Counted from the stretch's first letter, positions 37,102-51,200 are shown. The stretch: 64,000 nt of DNA from Eledone cirrhosa (GCA_964016885.1 CAXHJY010001390.1:87786-151785); one strand, 5' to 3'. Program-made: numbers and translations. Notes: generated from the sequence alone by a model not told the origin.

Positions 37102-37522
37102 TCAGAGAGAATGAAGCCATATATCACTTCTTATCACTTTCAGAGGATCTTTTAATGTAGATCTGTTTATACATAGAAAACAGAAGAGTTGCTTCGCTTA
37201 TATCTATGTAACAGTGAGGTAACCTAACATCCTGCTTCTGTTGAGTTCTTCATAACTTAAATCTTAATCACAAGTGTGTGTCTGTAATATTAGGGCTTAA
37301 AACCTAACATCTAGTGTAAAACAGCAGAACTAGGATGTCACAGATTAACAAAAAAAAATATCTCAGCAATTCTCAGGAAATGTCTTTGACCAAGATTCAT
37401 CATTATCGTTGTGATTGTTATCATAACCAGTAATACACTGGGGTCAGTTTAATCAACTTTCTCCTCCTCCAAAATTCTTGACCCGGTGTCTCATTTAGAA
37501 ATCGTTATTTCATGACTAAAAA

Positions 37523-37742
37523 GGGCAGCCGATTGTTAAAATTGGTAGAACATCAGACATGCTTTATGGCATAGAGTTACGTCCCTTTACGTTCTGAGTT
37601 CAAATCCTGCTGAGGTTTGTTTAGCCTTTCATCCTTACAAGGTCAATAAAATAAAGTATCAGTAATAATCTGGGGTTGATTTAATTGACTTTACCCCCAC
37701 CCAAAATTGCTGGCCTTGTGTATAAATCAGAAACTATTATAT
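37523..37742 (+). mobile_element. Degenerate S2 SINE
   Basis: GAGTTCAAATCC B-box and GCCTTTCATCCTTAC body; matches 6915-7097. Confidence 0.75.
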
Positions 37743-37879
37743 CTTTGGATATATTTGATAAAAAGTTTGTTTATTAAGACTTCAACTTTGAATTCTGTCA
37801 CTTAATCATTGTTTCCACCTCTTCGTGCTTCATCAGTACAAACTAACTATAGTAATATTAACTATAGGTAAGTTTTAAT

Positions 37880-38078
37880 TACTATATATACTCAAATATA
37901 ACCTGAGGAATGTGTGGCCAAAAACATTGATAAAATGGTGAGGGCGGTCGGCTTATATTTGCCATCAAAACAATGTGTTGATTAGCTGCCTCAATTTATA
38001 AATGGGGTTTTGATTTTTGTCCATTTCTCAGACATAAAATAGGGGTGGAGCTTGGATTATATTCGAGTATATACCGTA
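37880..38078. mobile_element. Degenerate Tc2/pogo-like MITE
   Basis: Imperfect TIRs TACTATATATACTCAAATATAA / TTATATTCGAGTATATACCGTA with TA ends; related copy at 39162. Confidence 0.55.
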
Positions 38079-38828
38079 TATTTTTTCTCTGTTATTACCA
38101 GTTATGTTTATAATTAATCTAATTTAATTGGATGCATTAACTATATTTGGGGGTACCATCATCATCATTATTATTTTACCTTCACTTTCCCTACTGTCAT
38201 GAATTGAACAGATTTTCACAGTCCAAGACATAACCAGAGCTGTTGGAGTGACTTCATCTTACTCATTAAGTTCTCAGCAGAGTTGTCCTGCTGGAGAACG
38301 GTCATACGTGTCAGATAGCGATATAGCCACTAGATATAATGGCTACTTGCAATAAAAGCGGGCAATTGCCAGATGAATAAGCAGACCAAATGCAGTAAAC
38401 TGCTAGGGGAGATGGAGCAATGGGTGACACTTGTAGCACCGAAGAAAATTCTCACAACCCAGTGATATAGCTATGATGAGGCAAGTAACACCTCTAAAAA
38501 AATGCCAAGTCTTTGTGGGTTTGACAAAATACCAGATTACAATATGATGACGAAAACAAGAATGAACCATACCATGTAATTAAAAAAAAAATTATTTTTT
38601 GTCATTTTCGAATTTTCTCTTTCTTTTCCCACTTCATCATTCTATATTTCTATTCTACTTTGTCCAAACACTACACAAAGATTATTAGAAAATCCTATAA
38701 TTACTAATTAGAAATTAGTAAAGCTAGATATTTGTTTACTTATATTTTAATTTTGTTTTTATTTGGAAATTCTTCAGGTTTCTTTTTGTATCTGTTTGTG
38801 TCCTCTAATCTTACAGAAGCAGACTTAC

Positions 38829-39160
38829 CATCATCATCATCATTTTACGTCCGCTTTTCCCTGCTTGCAAGGGTGGGACGGGAACTGATTCTGGCTTGAT
38901 TTCTACAGCTGGATGCCCTTCCTAACACCAACCTCATTTCCAGTGAGTGCTGGGTGCTTTTTTGCCATGGCAACTCCACTACCACTTTGCAGTGGAATGA
39001 TATGGACCCCAGTCCTATCATCTCATTTCTACAGCTGAGTAAACTGGAGCAATGTGAAATAATGTGTCTTGCTCAAGGAAACAACACATCACCCGGTCTG
39101 AGAATTGAACTCACAACCTTTCGATTGCAATCCCAATGCTCTAACCACTAAGCCATGTGC
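38829..39160 (-). mobile_element. S1 SINE with 8-bp target-site duplication CTTACCAT
   Basis: Matches 11438-11775; CTTACCAT at 38824-38831 and 39160-39167. Confidence 0.88.
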
Positions 39161-39161
39161 T

Positions 39162-39433
39162 TACCATATATACTTGAATATAAATAGAGGAATATCTGAC
39201 CAAAAAAAATCGATGGGAAAATTGGGGGGCGGGGGTCTCGGTTTTTGCCTTGATTAGCTGCCTCCGTTTACAAACACGGTTTCAACTTTTGCCCATTTCT
39301 CAGACATAAAATAGGGGTTCAGCTTATATTCACCTGATTTGCTGCCTCTGTTTATAAATGGGTCTAGGAGTTTTACCCATTTCTCAAACATAAAATGAGG
39401 GTGGGGTAGTCATACATTCGAGTATAAATGGTA
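39162..39433. mobile_element. Degenerate Tc2/pogo-like MITE with internal duplication
   Basis: Ends TACCATATATACTTGAATATA / ATTCGAGTATAAATGGTA; the internal GCTGCCTC..CCATTTCTCA.ACATAAAAT block occurs twice. Confidence 0.55.
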
Positions 39434-39659
39434 TATATGTCTCAACTAAAATAAGCTATATATTTATATCTGTTATAATGGAGTGTTCCACCTGTTAATA
39501 TATCTGTACGAATGAAGGTAAAACCAAAGTATTCACTAGACATAATTTCGAACTACTGTATACAGTCTACTGACAGTTCACTTCAGTTATTGTTTATATA
39601 CCACTTTTAGTTATGCGGGGTTGTTCAGGGTTTTTCCCTACAACAATATATTACCTTTA

Positions 39660-39929
39660 TTGAGAGATCACAGCTCCAATACTATTGGTATGTGGTTAGA
39701 ATGTCTCAGGAAAAAAGCGCTGGACAGACAGACTTTACAGGCAAAACCAACCAGCAGGACACCCAGGTGCAGTCCCACCCTGAGCAAGATGGTTGGATAA
39801 CATCCATGAGCTTGGCTGGTCTTGCTTGGGGATCCAGCTAGATCAGTTGGAGATGGTTGCTTCTGACAGGACCACTGGAAGGAGTGTATGCGGACTCTTC
39901 CGCCACGACACTCTCTCAAGAAGAAGACC
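39660..39929 (+). mobile_element. Old RTE 3' fragment (third family) with (GAA)n tail
   Basis: Degenerate translation ERSQLQYY..VVRMSQE..RWLDNIHELGWSCLGI resembles an RTE C-terminus. Confidence 0.6.
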
Positions 39930-40419
39930 GCTATTTTATTTGTCTAGTAATATATAACAATCCCATATTTTATATTAATATATAACTTATGCTACTTCAG
40001 ATTACAACAAACAGATTCTATTCAGACATTATATTCCATTCTATTATAACTTCTACTGATGTTGCTGTGTTTTTTTTCCCTTTCAAACATTGTTGCATCA
40101 TATTGCTTACAGCAGAGAATTGAATAAGGAGAGGGGATGAATTCAGAAGCTGATTTAATCCAGCAGTGTGCCAAGCACATCTACTGTAATCACCATAAAT
40201 ATAAAGCCTACATACTGAATAGACAACAATAATTATTGTTTAAAGCATCTCAATATTGATACTTAATCGTACACTGTCTCCCTGTGCTGAAACAATGAAT
40301 GAAAAACTAACCACCAGTTTTATCATTTTATTATATAAAAACAATACAATGTTTTTGTTGTTCTCTATTGTTTTTCACCTTGGTATGGTTCTTTTATAAC
40401 CAATAAAAGGAATTATTGT

Positions 40420-40826
40420 TTGGATTGGCAGTATCAGTAGTGTTGGACAATATGCTTTGCAGTATAGAGTTACGTTCTGAGTTCAAATCCCACCAAGGCT
40501 AGCTTTTCCATTCATCTTTACGGGGTTGATAAATTAAAACACCAGTAATGAACTGGGGTAGATTTAATCAACTTTCCCCTCCCCCAAAATTGTTGACCTT
40601 GTGCCTGAATTGTTAATACTATTATTACCACAAGTGGTGGATTGGCAGTATCGGTAGAAGGTGGGACGCCATGCTTTGACGCATAGAGTCACGACCCTTT
40701 ACGGTCTGAGTTCAAATTCCGCGAAGGTTAACTTTGCCTTTCATCCTTACGGGGTCGATAAAATAAAGTACCAGTAATATACTGGTGATTGCTGGCCTTG
40801 TGTCAAAAGTAGAAACAATTATTATT
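40420..40826 (+). mobile_element. Two adjacent S2 SINEs (40420-40627 and 40633-40826)
   Basis: GGATTGGCAGTATC heads, GAGTTCAAAT B-boxes and (ATT)n tails. Confidence 0.8.
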
Positions 40827-41412
40827 ACCACAATCACTACTACTACTACTACTACTACTACCACTACAACAATCATCACCAATACTACCACTACTACTAC
40901 TACCACTATCACAATCATCACCAATACTACCACTACTACTATTACTACTACCACTACAACTATCACAATCATCACCAATACTACTACTACTACTACCACA
41001 ATCATCACCAATACTACTACTACTACAACCACAATCATCACCAATACTACCACTACTACCACTACTACTACTACCACTACAACTATCACAATCATCACCA
41101 ATACTACTACTACTACAGCAATCAGCACCAATACTACCATTACTACCACTACAACTATCACAATCATCACCAATACTACCACTACTACTACTACCACTAT
41201 CACAATCATCACCAATACTTCTACTACTACCACTACAACTATCACAATCATCACCAATACTACTACTACTACCACTACCACTACTACTACCACTACCACT
41301 ACTACTACTACAAATACCACAATCACCACCAATACTATCAAAGTAGTAGTAGTGATGATTGTGATAGTTGTAGTAGTGGTAGTATTGGTGTAGTTTGTCA
41401 TGTTAGTAGTAG
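40827..41412. repeat. Trinucleotide-derived minisatellite (ACT/ACC/ATC units, recurring ACAATCATCACCAATACT), strand flip at ~41341
   Basis: Direct reading. Confidence 0.9.
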
Positions 41413-41602
41413 TATCAACTTAGTTCACTGTCCTTTACGTCACTACCTGTCTCTCAATCCTTGTAACAGTCTCAATGTATAAAAAAAATCAATTCTATTC
41501 CTTAATATTCAACAGCAAATCAATATTTTGGCTATTTTCTGCTAGCATGGAAGCAAGGTAGCTACAGAGATAAGCTTGTAAAATATTCTGTGGGTACCAT
41601 TG

Positions 41603-41830
41603 AATAGCCTAGTGGTAAAGGTGTTAGACTTATGATGATAATGTCATAGGTTTCCTCACTGAGCAAAACATTTAATTTCACGTTACTCCAGTATACTTAA
41701 CTGAAAATGGGTACTAATAATTCCTGGGGTTTTAACCCTGTGATGGACTGGCATCCTGTACAGGGGAAGTCTTGTACTCTCAGTCGCTTAACACCACAGA
41801 ACCTAGGAGAAGCATGACTAGCTTGATGAG
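41603..41830 (+). mobile_element. Degenerate tRNA SINE with V-domain-like block (family S3)
   Basis: TAGCCTAGTGG A-box, TGAGCAAAACA, and AACCCTGTGATGGACTGGCATCCTGTACAGGGG. Confidence 0.55.
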
Positions 41831-42075
41831 ACTTTAGATTCAGTAAAGTACCATGGCAATAGGGAGGGGCAATTTAATGTCTCCCAGGCTTCTTCAAACA
41901 AGAGACTATGACTGGGAACTTCAAATGATTTTCATCCATTCGCGGTAAAAGAGTACCAGTCTAGTACTGGGGTCGATTCTTCCTCTACATCACTTTCTCA
42001 TTCCTAATTTTTCACTCTCTATCCGTCGCTGGAAGAAATCTGCTGATTTCTGACTTGAATACAGGTTTTGAAAGA

Positions 42076-42085
42076 TGTGGTGGTG

Positions 42086-42121
<36 letters not shown>

Positions 42122-42210
42122 ACAGTGGTGGTGGTGGTAGTAGTAGTAGTAGTAACAGTGGTGGTGGTGGTGGTGGTGGTGGTAGTAGTAGTAACAGTGG
42201 TGGTGGTGGT
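42076..42210. repeat. (GGT)n/(AGT)n compound microsatellite
   Basis: Direct reading. Confidence 0.9.
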
Positions 42211-42344
42211 ATATGTGGGAAATAAATTTCTTTTTCTTCTGTTATCAATTGATTTGTGTTCTAAACTAATGATTAAAGCCAGTGTAGACTAGAATGTATA
42301 TATATCTTATATAGATATATATATATATATCTTATATAGATATA

Positions 42345-43103
42345 TCATCATCATCATCATCATCATCGTTTAACGTCCATATTCCACGCTTGCATGGGTT
42401 TGGACGGGAGTTTTCCCACTTGAGGCAAGAGTGGTTGTCTTGCTCGCATAGGACTGTCTGGCGGGTTTTCTACGGCTGGATGCCCTTCCTAACACCAACC
42501 ACGTTTACAGTGTGGACTGGGAGGTCTTTACCGTGTTACCTACAGCGTGGACTGTGTGTTTTTTTGTTGTGTCACCTACACGACCTCATTTGTTTCGGAC
42601 TGGATGTTGTGATACCAACATAACTTTACATTGAAAGGGGTGGTGTGGATGGGTGGGGGTAGTGCGACGGGGGTGTATTTTGTTAGAGGTGCCTACTGAC
42701 TGTAGTAGGTTTCACTTTGTACTTAGGTAAGGCGGGTCTTCTCTATTACTGTATAGCGCCAAAGATCTCGGTCCAGTGACATTGTCTTGGAGAGGTGTAA
42801 GTGTGTGAGGTCGGAATTTATCAAGTCGTCCCAGGTTTTTCTGGGTCTGCCTACTCCGTGGCTACCGTCTATTTTTATTGCCCTGCACTTTTTTATACAG
42901 TTGTCGTCTTTCATGCGCATCACGTGACCATACCAATGTAGTTTTCTCTTGAGTAAACAACATCTGATCCCTCTTATTTCTAATTTTTCCCTTAGTTCGT
43001 TTATGCTTTGCCGTTCACGTATATTAATATTACACATCCAGCGGAGCATGCAAGCTTCGTTCCTCTCCAGTCTGCATATATCCTCTGCACACAAAGCCCA
43101 GGT
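42345..43103 (-). mobile_element. RTE-2 3' fragment (5'-truncated)
   Basis: ORF 42723-43094 (LERNEACMLRWMC..GRPRKTW), 3'UTR and (GAT)n tail. Confidence 0.9.
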
Positions 43104-43197
43104 ATATATATCTTATATATATATATATATATTTTATATAGATATAGATATAGATATCTTATATAGATATAGATATATATATCTTATATAGATATTT

Positions 43198-43532
43198 CAT
43201 CATTTTCATTTTCATTTTACGTCCGCTTTTTCCCTGCTTGCAAGGGTGGGACAGGAACTGATTCTGGCTTGATTCTACAGCTGGATGCCCTTCCTAACAC
43301 CAACCTCATTTACAGTGAGTGCTGTGTGCTTTTTTGCCATGGCACCTCCACGACCACTTTGCAGTGGAATGATAGGGACCCCAGTCCCTATCATCTCATT
43401 CTACAGCTGAGTAAACTGGAGCAATGTGAAATAAAGTGTCTTGCTCAAGGAAACAACACATCACCCCGTCTGAGAATTGAACTCACAACCTTTCGATTGC
43501 AAGGCCAATGCTCTAACCACTAAGCCATGTGC
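43198..43532 (-). mobile_element. S1 SINE
   Basis: Matches 11438-11775 and 38829-39160. Confidence 0.88.
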
Positions 43533-43539
43533 CTCCGTA

Positions 43540-46500
43540 TCATCATCATCATCATCATCGTTTAATGTCCATCTTCCACGCTTGCATGGATTTGGACGGG
43601 AGTTTTCCCACTTGAGGCAAGATTGGTTGTCTTGCTCGCATAGGACTGTCTGGCAGTTTGTCTACAGCTGGATGTCCTTCCTGACACCAACCACGTTTAC
43701 AGTGTGGACTGGGAGGTTTTTACCGTGTTACCTACACGGCCACATTACAGCGTGGAATGTGTGTTTTTTTTTTTGTCGTGACACCTACACGACCTCATTT
43801 GTTTCGGACTGGATGTTGTGGTACCAACATAACTTCACATTGAAAAGGGTGGTGTGGATGGGGTGGGGGTGTATTTTTGTTAGAGGTGCCTACTGACTGT
43901 AGGTTTCACGTTGTACTTAGGCAAGGTGGTCTTCTGTATTACTGTGTAGCGCCAAAGATCTCGGTCCAGTGACATTGTCTTGGAGAGGTGTAAGTGTGTG
44001 AGGTCGGAATTTATCAAGTCGTCCCAGGTTTTTCTGGGTCTGCCTACTCCGTGGCTACCGTCTATTTTTATCGCCCTGCACATTTTTATACAGCTGTCGT
44101 CTTTCATGTGCATCACGTGACCGTACCAACGTAGTCTTCTCTCGAGTAAACAACATCTGATCCCTCTTATTCCTAATTTCTCACTTAGTTCGTTTATGCT
44201 TTGCCGTTCACGTATATTACTATTACACATCCAGCGGAGCATGCAAGCTTCGTTCCTCTCCAGTCTGCATATATCCTCTGCACACAATGCCCAGGTCTCA
44301 CTGCCATGTAACATTGCTGTTCGTATGTAGGCATCATACAGCCAGCCTTTCATTTTTAGAGAGAACCCTTTAGCGGCCAATAGTGGTATAAGCTCTCTGA
44401 ACTTTTTCCATCCAGTTCTGACTCTAGCTACGGTGCTTTCAGAGCACCCTCCCCCACTGCTGATTTTGTCACCCAGGTAACAGAAGTTGTCCACTATTTC
44501 TATAGAACAATCTGTGCAATGGAATGAGCTAGTATTCTGTGGGCACTTGCACCAGAGCACCGGCCACATATAAAATCTATATTCTTAGTTAGCTTACCTG
44601 TGATCCCACTACATCTTTCATGCACCCATACTTTGTATTTGGGACATAAAATGGAGTTTCTGCCTACTCCTTTCCTACACACTGAGCATGGCCATTTCCC
44701 AGATGGGACCGGTGCCCTATTTTCCTTCCTACAAACTAGAACTTTAGTCTTAGACAAGTTAACTTTAAGGCCTTTTGATTCTAGGCCATGCTTCCATGTT
44801 TGGAATTTCTTCTCTAGTTCAGCCATTGATTCAGCTATGAGCGTTAGATCATCTGCGTATAGGAGTTCCCATGGGCAGCCGGTCTTGAACTCCTCTGTTA
44901 TAGCCTGAAGGGCAATAATAAATAGTAGGGGACTAAGAACGGAGCCTTGATGAACACCAACTTTTACGCTAAACTCATTACTATATTCGTTGTTAATTCT
45001 AACCTTGCTGACTGTTTCTTTATACATGGCTTGTATAGCTCTCACAAGCCATTCATCAACACCTAGTTTTCTAAGAGCCCACCAGATAATGGAACGGTAG
45101 ACTCTGTCAAAGGCTTTCTCCAAGTCAACAAAAGCAAAGTATAGGGGTTTACTTTTAGCTAGGTACTTCTCCTGTAGTTGTCGTACAATGAAAAGAGCAT
45201 CTGTGGTACTTTTACCTGACACAAACCCGAACTGCATTTCATCTAGATCAATTCGCTCTCTGATTAGTTACGCTATTACTTTTTCTGTGACCTTCATGAC
45301 CTGGTCGATTAATTTAATGCCTCTATAGTTACCCCTATCTAGAGCATCTCCTTTACTCTTGTAGCAGTTAATGGTGATACCTTTAAGCCAGTCCTTCGGA
45401 ACGATCCCATTCTGTATGACTTGGTTTACTATCCGGGTGACCATAGTGTGTCCCACCGTTCCAGATGCTTTCAGCATCTCGCAACTATTTCCGAAGGCCC
45501 AGCCGCCTTACCCGTCTTCATATCTTTGATTGCCTTAATTATTATACTACCTTCAACTAGCACTGCTGGTCCCTTTATTGGATCGATGTGGGGGAGACTG
45601 TCTTTCTCCCATTTATTCTCCTCATTTAGTAGCCTTTCGTAGTGACACTTCCAAGCTACCTTCTTATCAGCGTCAGTGATGGCAAGTACACCATCATCAT
45701 TAAGGACACACTTCTCCCCGACAATATCACGGTTTTCCTTGACACATTGCCTAGCAATCCTTAACACCTCATGTTTTTGGTCCTCGTGTTGTAGAACATG
45801 CTTGAACTTTCTTTCCTCTCCTTCCCTTCTTGCGCAGTACACTTGTCTCCTAGCTTCCCTCCTGGCCACTTGAAAGTCTTCTCTACTTCTCCCATCCCGC
45901 CATACTTTCCAAGCCTGCTTTTTGGCCTTAATTGACTCCTCCACCTTACTATTCCACCACCACGTTACTCTCCTCCTGCCTATAAGCCTGCTCCAGCCAC
46001 AGACTTCATCTGCCGCTTTTAGGAATTCCCACTGTTCCTCTATATTGTATGATTCTAATTGCATCAAGTAATATGCTTTTAAATTTATTACTGGCTGTGG
46101 GGTCCTTTAGCTTCCATATTTTTCTCCTGAGGATAGTCCTCCTCTGTTGTCGAGTACGTTTTGTCCTGACTATCAGGTCACTGACTATGAGTCTATGTTG
46201 GGAGGTGCATTCTTCATGGGGGAGGGATTTAGTGTTTATAACAGACTCTATCACGTCTTCTGGTAAGGATATAATCTATCTGACTGGCGTGATCCCCTGA
46301 TCTATAGGTGATCAAGTGATTGTCTCGTTTTTTGAAGTTAGTGTTACAGATAGGTTATTTGCGTCACAGAATTCCAGGATTCTGAAGCCTTCCTCATTTC
46401 TAGTACCAAACCCATAGCCTCCATGGATTCCTTCATAGCCGTCACAATGTTGTCCAATGTAACAATTTAGGTCGCCAGCAATAATTATGTAGTCACTGTC

Positions 46501-47330
46501 GGTTATTTGGGAGGTAGTGAGCATCAATGTCTCATAGAATCTGTCTTTTATAGTGCCAGGCAGTCCGAATTGGGTGCATACGTAGATATTACTGTCACAG
46601 TAGTTCTATTTAGGACAAGTCTTATTTTAATTATTCTGTCATTCACTCTATTTATGTCTATTATCTTATCTACCCATTTTTCTGCTAACATGATTCCCAC
46701 CCCACCCAGCCCATTGTCATTTCCCACCCAGAAAAGCTTATAGCATCGTTTTTTACCCACAATGAATCTAGCAGATCCACCCCTCCACCTGGTCTCTTGG
46801 ATACAGCAAACATCAACCTCCTTACGTTCAAGCATTTCTACAACCTCGTTAGAGCAACCTTTTAAGGTGTCTACATTCATGGTACCAACTCTGAAGTTTT
46901 GGATTGCGTTTGGTGGGTGGGAACGGTGGGGCGCAGGGAGGGGTGAGGGGAATGGGGTTGGGGTTATGTTGGCCATCCACGGCCGAAACAAAGAGGAGGA
47001 GTCTTTGCCTTTTCGTCCGGCAGCATGAGGTGAATTTGTCGTTATCTTTGGCATTGTCACTGAGTGTCTAGATTTTTCAGACTCTCCAGAATTCCTTAGT
47101 CCATCCATCATATCGAAAAGCAACCAGGAGAAGTGATAGCATAGGCCGCTGACTTATGATTGGTCCAAATAATAATGGTGGCGAGTGGGGGCAGGTGGGA
47201 GGGGTATGGGTTAGTTAGCGAGAGGGTTTAAATAAAATCCTCGAATTTTGGGCGATACACACATACAATAGACTCAACCCACAATACTTGACATAAAAAG
47301 ACTCGCCACAAACACGCAACCGAAACACAA
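43540..47330 (-). mobile_element. RTE-2 copy B, near full length, multiply frameshifted (5' boundary approximate)
   Basis: ORF fragments from 43880 to 47123 are colinear with RTE-2A; probable start MPK at 47054; CCAAT leader at 47153-47166. Confidence 0.9.
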
Positions 47331-47662
47331 TTTACACAAGAACTGTGCTTCCATGAGATACTGGATGATTTTTATCATGTAGATTACCATATATATATAT
47401 ATTTAAATACAACAGATGGTCCGACTTAAAATCTTCTTTTAATGTTACCAAAGAATATTTCCAATCCGCCCTTATGTTTTTTATAGAATAAATATTAACT
47501 CCATTCTTGCACCAGCCATGGGATACCACATCTTCAAGGGATGATTTGCCTAATGTTGAGTGCTTTTACTTATTATATCACGGTCACTAACTGGAATGAC
47601 CAGAGCTACTCATTGGTAAACCGCGCAACATAAATGGTATATATATATATATATATATATAT

Positions 47663-48020
47663 ATCATCATCATCATCATTTAACGTCTATCTTCCACGCT
47701 AGCATGGGTTTAGACGCGAATTGTCCCACTTGAGGCAAGATTGGTCGTCTCGCTTGTATAGGAGTGTCTGGCAGGTTTTCTACGGCTGGATGCCCTTCCT
47801 AACACCAACCACATTTACAGTGTGGACTGCGAGGTTTTTACCATGTTACCTACACGGCCACATTACAGCGTGGACTGTGTGTTATTTTTGTCGTGACACC
47901 TACACAACCTCATTTATTTAGGACTGGATGTTGTGGTAACAACATAAACTTTAGGGAGGGGTGAGGGAGATGGGGTTATGTTAGCCATCCGCGGCCGAAA
48001 TAAAGAGGAGTCCCTGCATT
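47663..48020 (-). mobile_element. Bipartite internally deleted RTE-2 derivative (5' piece fused to 3'UTR)
   Basis: 47663-47952 is the RTE-2 3'UTR; 47953-48015 matches 46935-47005 and 8450-8490. Confidence 0.7.
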
Positions 48021-48345
48021 ATATATATATATATATGCGAGTGTGGAAAGTGATATATGTAATAAGGCTGAAACAATACAAAATGGACAGTAAGGTGAAG
48101 GCAGTGAAAATCATCTCACAGAGATAAAAACGTTTCAGTCTATTGACTTTGAGATTAAATTTAAATTTAAAATTTGCAAACTACTTTCAAGCATTGTTTG
48201 ATGCTTGCTGTCGTATTCATGATCAGCTGAAGGATGACGGCAATTACTGTATATAATATCTCATATATCTTATATCATATATATATATATCTTATATATA
48301 GTGACGAAACATAAGTCAATTGTATGAACTCATAATCCTTTATTT

Positions 48346-48401
48346 ACCGCTATATATATTTCGATGATAGCCATTGTATGGCTATGACCTCATCAGGCAG
48401 T
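48346..48401 (-). ncRNA. Type I hammerhead ribozyme (AUA)
   Basis: actgc-CTGATGA-ggtcatagcca(tacaa)tggctatcatc-GAAATATATATA-gcggt. Confidence 0.78.
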
Positions 48402-48895
48402 TAGTAAGTTCTTAGATATGCCAGCTCTGGGATTTGGGTGTTGATGGTTTTAGAGCCTTGGGACATATGAGCTTGTTAGGATAATTTAATGTTGTCAGCA
48501 GGAATAATCTTAATTCTCATTGGTCAGTTTGTAGATGCTAGTAGGATTGGTATTTGACCTCAAAGAGGTAGGTGGTGTTGTAAAGTTCAAACCTTCAGGC
48601 AAGATGACAATAGTTCCACATGACTGATTTTCACAAAATATCTTACCAGGAATGCTTTTTGTGAAAATCAGTCTATTGTCAGAACTATTGTTGTTTTGCC
48701 TGAGGGTTTGAACTTTACAACACCACCTACCTCTTTGTGGTCATTTACCAATCCTACTAGCATCTACAAACTGACCAATGAGAATTAAGATTATACCTGC
48801 TGACAACATTAAATTATCCTTACAAGCTCATATGTCCCAAGGCTCTAAAACCATCACACCAAAAACCCAGAGTTAGCATATCTAAGAACTTACTA

Positions 48896-48951
48896 ACTGC
48901 CTGATGAGGTCATAGCCATACAATGGCTATCAACGAAATATATATAGCAGT
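48896..48951 (+). ncRNA. Type I hammerhead ribozyme (AUA)
   Basis: actgc-CTGATGA-ggtcatagcca(tacaa)tggctatcaac-GAAATATATATA-gcagt. Confidence 0.78.
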
Positions 48952-49084
48952 AAATAAAGGATTATGAGTTCATACAATTGACTTTTGTTTCGTCACTATT
49001 ATAAATCCAGAATCTATATCTTCGTTGAGTGCTCCCTATCCGCATACTGAAGTACTGGATTTTACCAACACATTTTGCTTGCTT

Positions 49085-49659
49085 ATATCTTATATATATA
49101 TATATATATCTTATATATATATATATATAAGATATATATATACATATCTTATATATACATACATATCTTATATATATATACATATCTTATATATATATAT
49201 ATATATATATCTTATATATATATATATATCTTATATATATATATATCTTATATATGTAAGATATATATATATATCTTACATATATATATATCTTATATAT
49301 GTAAGATATATATATATATCTTACATATATATATATCTTATATATATATATATATATATATATCTTATATATATATATATCTAATATATGTAAGATATAC
49401 ATATATATCTTATATATATATATATATACAAATATATATATATATATATATATATATCTTATATATATATATATATCTTATATATATATATATATGTATA
49501 TCTTATATATATATATATCTTATATATATATATATATCTTATATATATATATATATATATCTTATATATATATCTTATATATATATATATCTTATATATA
49601 TATACATATCTTATATATATATATATATATATCTTATATATATATATATATATATATAT

Positions 49660-49710
<51 letters not shown>

Positions 49711-49754
49711 TATATATATATATATATATATATATCTTATATATATATATATAT

Positions 49755-49789
<35 letters not shown>

Positions 49790-49960
49790 TATATATATAT
49801 ATATATATATATCTTATATATATATATATATCTTATATATATATATATATATATCTTATATATATATATATATATATATATATCTTATATATATATATAT
49901 ATATATATATCTTATATATATATATATATATATATCTTATATATATATATATATATATCT

Positions 49961-49993
<33 letters not shown>

Positions 49994-50031
49994 CATATAT
50001 ATATATATATCTTATATATATATATATATCT

Positions 50032-50067
<36 letters not shown>

Positions 50068-50657
50068 TATCTTATATATATATATATGTATATCTTATAT
50101 ATATATATATATATCATATATATATATATATATATCTTATATATATATATATATATATCTTATATATATATATATATATATATCTTATATATATATATCT
50201 TATATATATATATATATATATATCTTATATATATATATATATATATATATCTTATATATATATATATATATATATATCTTATATATATATATATCTAATA
50301 TATGTAAGATATACATATATATCTTATATATATATATATATACAAATATATATATATATCTTATATATATATATATATGTATATCTTATATATATATATA
50401 TATGTATATCTTATATATATATATATATATCTTATATATATATATATCATATATATATATATATATCTTATATATATATCTATATCTTATATATATATAT
50501 ATATATCTTATATATATATATATATATATCTTATATATATATATATATATATCTTATATATATATATATCTTATATATATATATATCTTATATATATATA
50601 TATATATCTTATATATATATATATATATATCTTATATATATATATATATATATATAT

Positions 50658-50698
<41 letters not shown>

Positions 50699-50742
50699 AA
50701 TATATATATATATATATATCTTATATATATATATATATATAT

Positions 50743-50779
<37 letters not shown>

Positions 50780-50950
50780 TATATATATATATATATATAT
50801 ATCTTATATATATATATATATCTTATATATATATATATATATATCTTATATATATATATATATATATATCTTATATATATATATATATATATATCTTATA
50901 TATATATATATATATATATATCTTATATATATATATATATATATATATCT

Positions 50951-50981
<31 letters not shown>

Positions 50982-51147
50982 CATATATATATATATATCT
51001 TATATATATATATATGTATATCTTATATATATATATATATATCTTATATATATATATATATATCTTATATATATATATATATATCTTATATATATATATA
51101 TATATATCTTATATATATATATCTTATATATATATATATATATATAT

Positions 51148-51200
<53 letters not shown>

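Larger units (their letters stand above)
48298..49084 (+). mobile_element. 700-bp palindrome of two inverted hammerhead pLTR-like modules plus tail, family J
   Basis: Arms 48298-48638 and 48657-48999, 18-nt spacer; tail 49000-49084 on the right arm only. Confidence 0.8.

Noticed and set aside
40712-41401. Thr-rich mucin-like / poly-Val ORFs
   Set aside because: Trinucleotide minisatellite starting at a SINE tail; the ORF ends overlap SINE sequence.
43895-43935. RTE C-terminal TLPKYN matching the PLE peptide MTLPKYNN
   Set aside because: Different codons and no flanking similarity; coincidence.
48035-48250. Possible further hammerhead (CTGATCA...GAAACGTT on minus)
   Set aside because: Core is mismatched and there is no convincing stem I.
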